DNA of 64,000 bases from Octopus sinensis (Eukaryota), in assembly GCF_006345805.1 (NCBI RefSeq), contig NC_043016.1:23064001-23128000 (forward strand). The letters run 5' to 3'. The translations under genes were made by a program, and so were the position numbers. Shown one piece after another: positions 63,141 through 64,000 of this stretch. How positions within the stretch are numbered: the first letter of the stretch is position 1; each line of letters starts with the position of its first letter. The notes beneath the pieces are model-generated. The model was not told the DNA's origin and made no database searches. It saw only the letters and a program-made list of their open reading frames with translations.

Positions 63141-64000
63141 AAGAAAATACAGCTTATATATATATATATATGTATATATATAATACACACATATAGAGAG
63201 ATTACGAATTATATTTTAAAATGTGAAAGAAAATCCAGAAAACATGCGAGATGGGAATGAAAACGAAATATTTTTTCAAAAAAAAAAAAAAGAGTAACAT
63301 TTTGATGGAAAAAACAAAATCCGATGATAAAAAGGAATATAATTTGTAACACGGGCAATAAATTCACAAATTTTGAGAGTGGAGTGTATCCTATGATACC
63401 GGTGAAGTAATTTGTCAGGTACTTATCTCTAACGGAAGGACGATGGAAAGAAAATTCAACCTAGGCGGGATTTGAACTTGTAACGCAAAGGGGAAGTAAC
63501 TAACAGAACTAATAATACTAATAATAATAATATTTCTAAACATTTTTGCATATAATTGTTTTTTAACGTTCATATAGGTGTTTCAAATATAAGGCACATG
63601 GTCGGGCATTTGGGAGAGGAGAAAGGGTCGATCGGATTATATCAATCGCAGTACTTGACTGGTACTTTATTTTATCCACTCCCACTGAAAGAAAAGAATG
63701 CAAAAACCTAAGTTGACCTCGGCGGGCGACAGACGAGGAGTGAGTCGGGGGTTGGTTGGAGGAGGGGGGAGGGGGCGTAATTGCAGTAATAGGTTCGAAA
63801 ACTGAAATTGAAATGCGTAAATAATAATAATAATAATAAATAATAATATTAATAATTTCGATGATGTTAGTGAAAGAGATATTTAATAAAATGGTTCAAA
63901 AATAAAATATGTGTGCAAAAAAAAAAAAAAAAGCAAATGAAACGTTATTAAAAAAGTAAAAAGTGGTAGAGGAAGGAGTAAAGCGGAAGCGAAACGAGTT

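Noticed and set aside
8300-63190. Recurrent ORFs containing DGLLSVSV...EDTCPRCHAVGLNPEPCG or MSS..VGGTNTDTQ, resembling a gene family
   Set aside because: They are readings of SINE family A in either orientation, not proteins.

Overview
AT-rich, CpG-depleted, repeat-dense eukaryotic DNA. The abundant tRNA-headed SINE families and long (TA)n/(CA)n microsatellites suggest an octopod cephalopod; this is inference from repeat identity. The only host gene I can support is the 5' end of a phosphoribosyl-pyrophosphate synthetase gene (PRPS1/2 family) on the minus strand at the left edge. It has a 122-nt first coding segment (299-420), a probable 5'UTR intron (550-640) and a CpG-retaining promoter. 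A second CpG-retaining, promoter-like zone lies at about 61.8-63.9 kb. The roughly 60 kb in between is a mosaic of decayed mobile elements: R4/Dong, RTE, CR1 and Penelope-like (PLE) retroelements, a tRNA-Trp-primed Gypsy remnant, mariner, maT (DD37D), Merlin, MULE and hAT remnants, non-autonomous Helitrons, foldback/MITE hairpins and dozens of SINEs, often nested. The most interesting signals are: (i) four type-I minimal hammerhead-ribozyme motifs within 10 kb (35.3, 36.4, 44.1, 44.9 kb), with short or palindromic stem III and, in three cases, extended stem II; (ii) a young head-to-tail SINE tetramer inserted as one unit with an 18-bp target-site duplication; (iii) the internal (TA)n of one SINE family acting as a landing pad for other elements; (iv) three CACGTG E-boxes, E2F-like sites and a TOP/PRTE-like tract at PRPS. 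Almost all ORFs in the supplied track are microsatellite or repeat artefacts, or transposon fragments. Repeat boundaries are approximate unless exact ends are quoted.
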